Below, one piece after another: positions 63,529-64,000 of a DNA stretch of 64,000 nucleotides. The stretch covers positions 7,387 through 71,386 of the forward strand of contig JAECRL010000013.1 of NCBI GenBank assembly GCA_016000265.1. Direction: 5' to 3'. The notes below the pieces were generated by a model. The model was not told the DNA's origin. It did not search any database and worked only from the letters and a program-made list of their open reading frames with translations. The stretch's first letter is position 1. Every line of letters begins with the position of its first letter. The DNA is from Burkholderiales bacterium. GTDB lineage: Bacteria; Pseudomonadota; Gammaproteobacteria; Burkholderiales; Burkholderiaceae_C. Made by a program: the position numbers and the translations under genes.

Positions 63529-64000
63529 TCAGGCCGGCATCATGCCCGAAGGCGCCTGCCGTTCGGCCGTGGTCTGGGCGACCTTGTCGCGCACGTAGCA
63601 AGGCAGGGCCAGGGCGGGGTCGACGCATTCGCCGCGCGACCAGGCCCGGCGTGCCAGCGTGGCCAGGGCCCGCCCCGTGGGCGCGGCCTGCGGGTGGAGC
63701 GGGCGCACCCGGCTCAGGCCCTCGAAGGCGGGCGCGCAGGCGTGCCAGGCGTTGCCACAGACTCGCACGCCCGCCGAATCGGCCGCGCTCATGGCCTGGC
63801 CGGTGCCTGCGGCCGCGTCCGACCAACGCCGACGGGGCTCGTCCAGGGGCCACAGCGCCGCGGCCACGTGCTCGCGCCAGCCCGTCGAGGCCGACCAGGT
63901 GAACGCCGCGACGTACAGCTCGCCCATGCGGGCGTCTTGCAGCACCCACAGCACGTCGCCATCGGTGAGCTCGTCGGGTGCGGCCTGCTGGCGGGCGTCC
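63529..64000 (-). CDS. tsaB: t6A biosynthesis protein TsaB (5' part outside window)
   Basis: DARMGELY, PCYVRDKVAQT; tsaB-rimI-udg order. Confidence 0.85.
   Translation of the reverse strand, partial: DARQQAAPDELTDGDVLWVLQDARMGELYVAAFTWSASTGWREHVAAALWPLDEPRRRWSDAAAGTGQAMSAADSAGVRVCGNAWHACAPAFEGLSRVRPLHPQAAPTGRALATLARRAWSRGECVDPALALPCYVRDKVAQTTAERQAPSGMMPA

Overview
High-GC betaproteobacterial chromosome segment. Gene content and an anti-hemB-type sRNA point to Burkholderiales (inference). Layout: 1-5.3 kb lipid/ester metabolism genes and a Ca2+/H+ antiporter; 5.3-22.7 kb an accessory nitrogen/redox block (hmp-nsrR; two RclR-like AraC + AhpD modules; an operon of a secreted His-lined beta-propeller, an AurF/DnfA-type diiron N-oxygenase, an unannotated rubredoxin, a DnfC-type glutamine amidotransferase, MOSC and MarR; sigma54/NtrC/ANTAR-controlled nirBD-nasR; an unannotated Cys-rich secreted micropeptide); 22829-25180 a 2352-bp non-autonomous Tn7/TnsB-family-like element (TGT...ACA ends, ~21-bp internal repeats, 5-bp ACAGC target duplication) inserted in the last codons of lipA and carrying a damaged Cap4/DUF4297-type nuclease and a DUF925 pseudogene; 25-32 kb lipA-lipB-dprA-lysM, def-fmt-htpX; a CHASE-PAS-GGDEF-EAL protein; 35.5-49.3 kb an MSHA type IV pilus cluster; then housekeeping genes (DUF1631, secFD-yajC, ybeD, dacA, hemJ, sRNA, hemB, corA, udg, rimI, tsaB). 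The best candidates for undescribed biology are (i) the dirammox(dnf)-like operon, with a rubredoxin in place of DnfB and a putative periplasmic metallo-propeller, and (ii) the Tn7-like mini element that targets and rewrites the 3' end of lipA. All family assignments come from motif recognition; no database searches were run.
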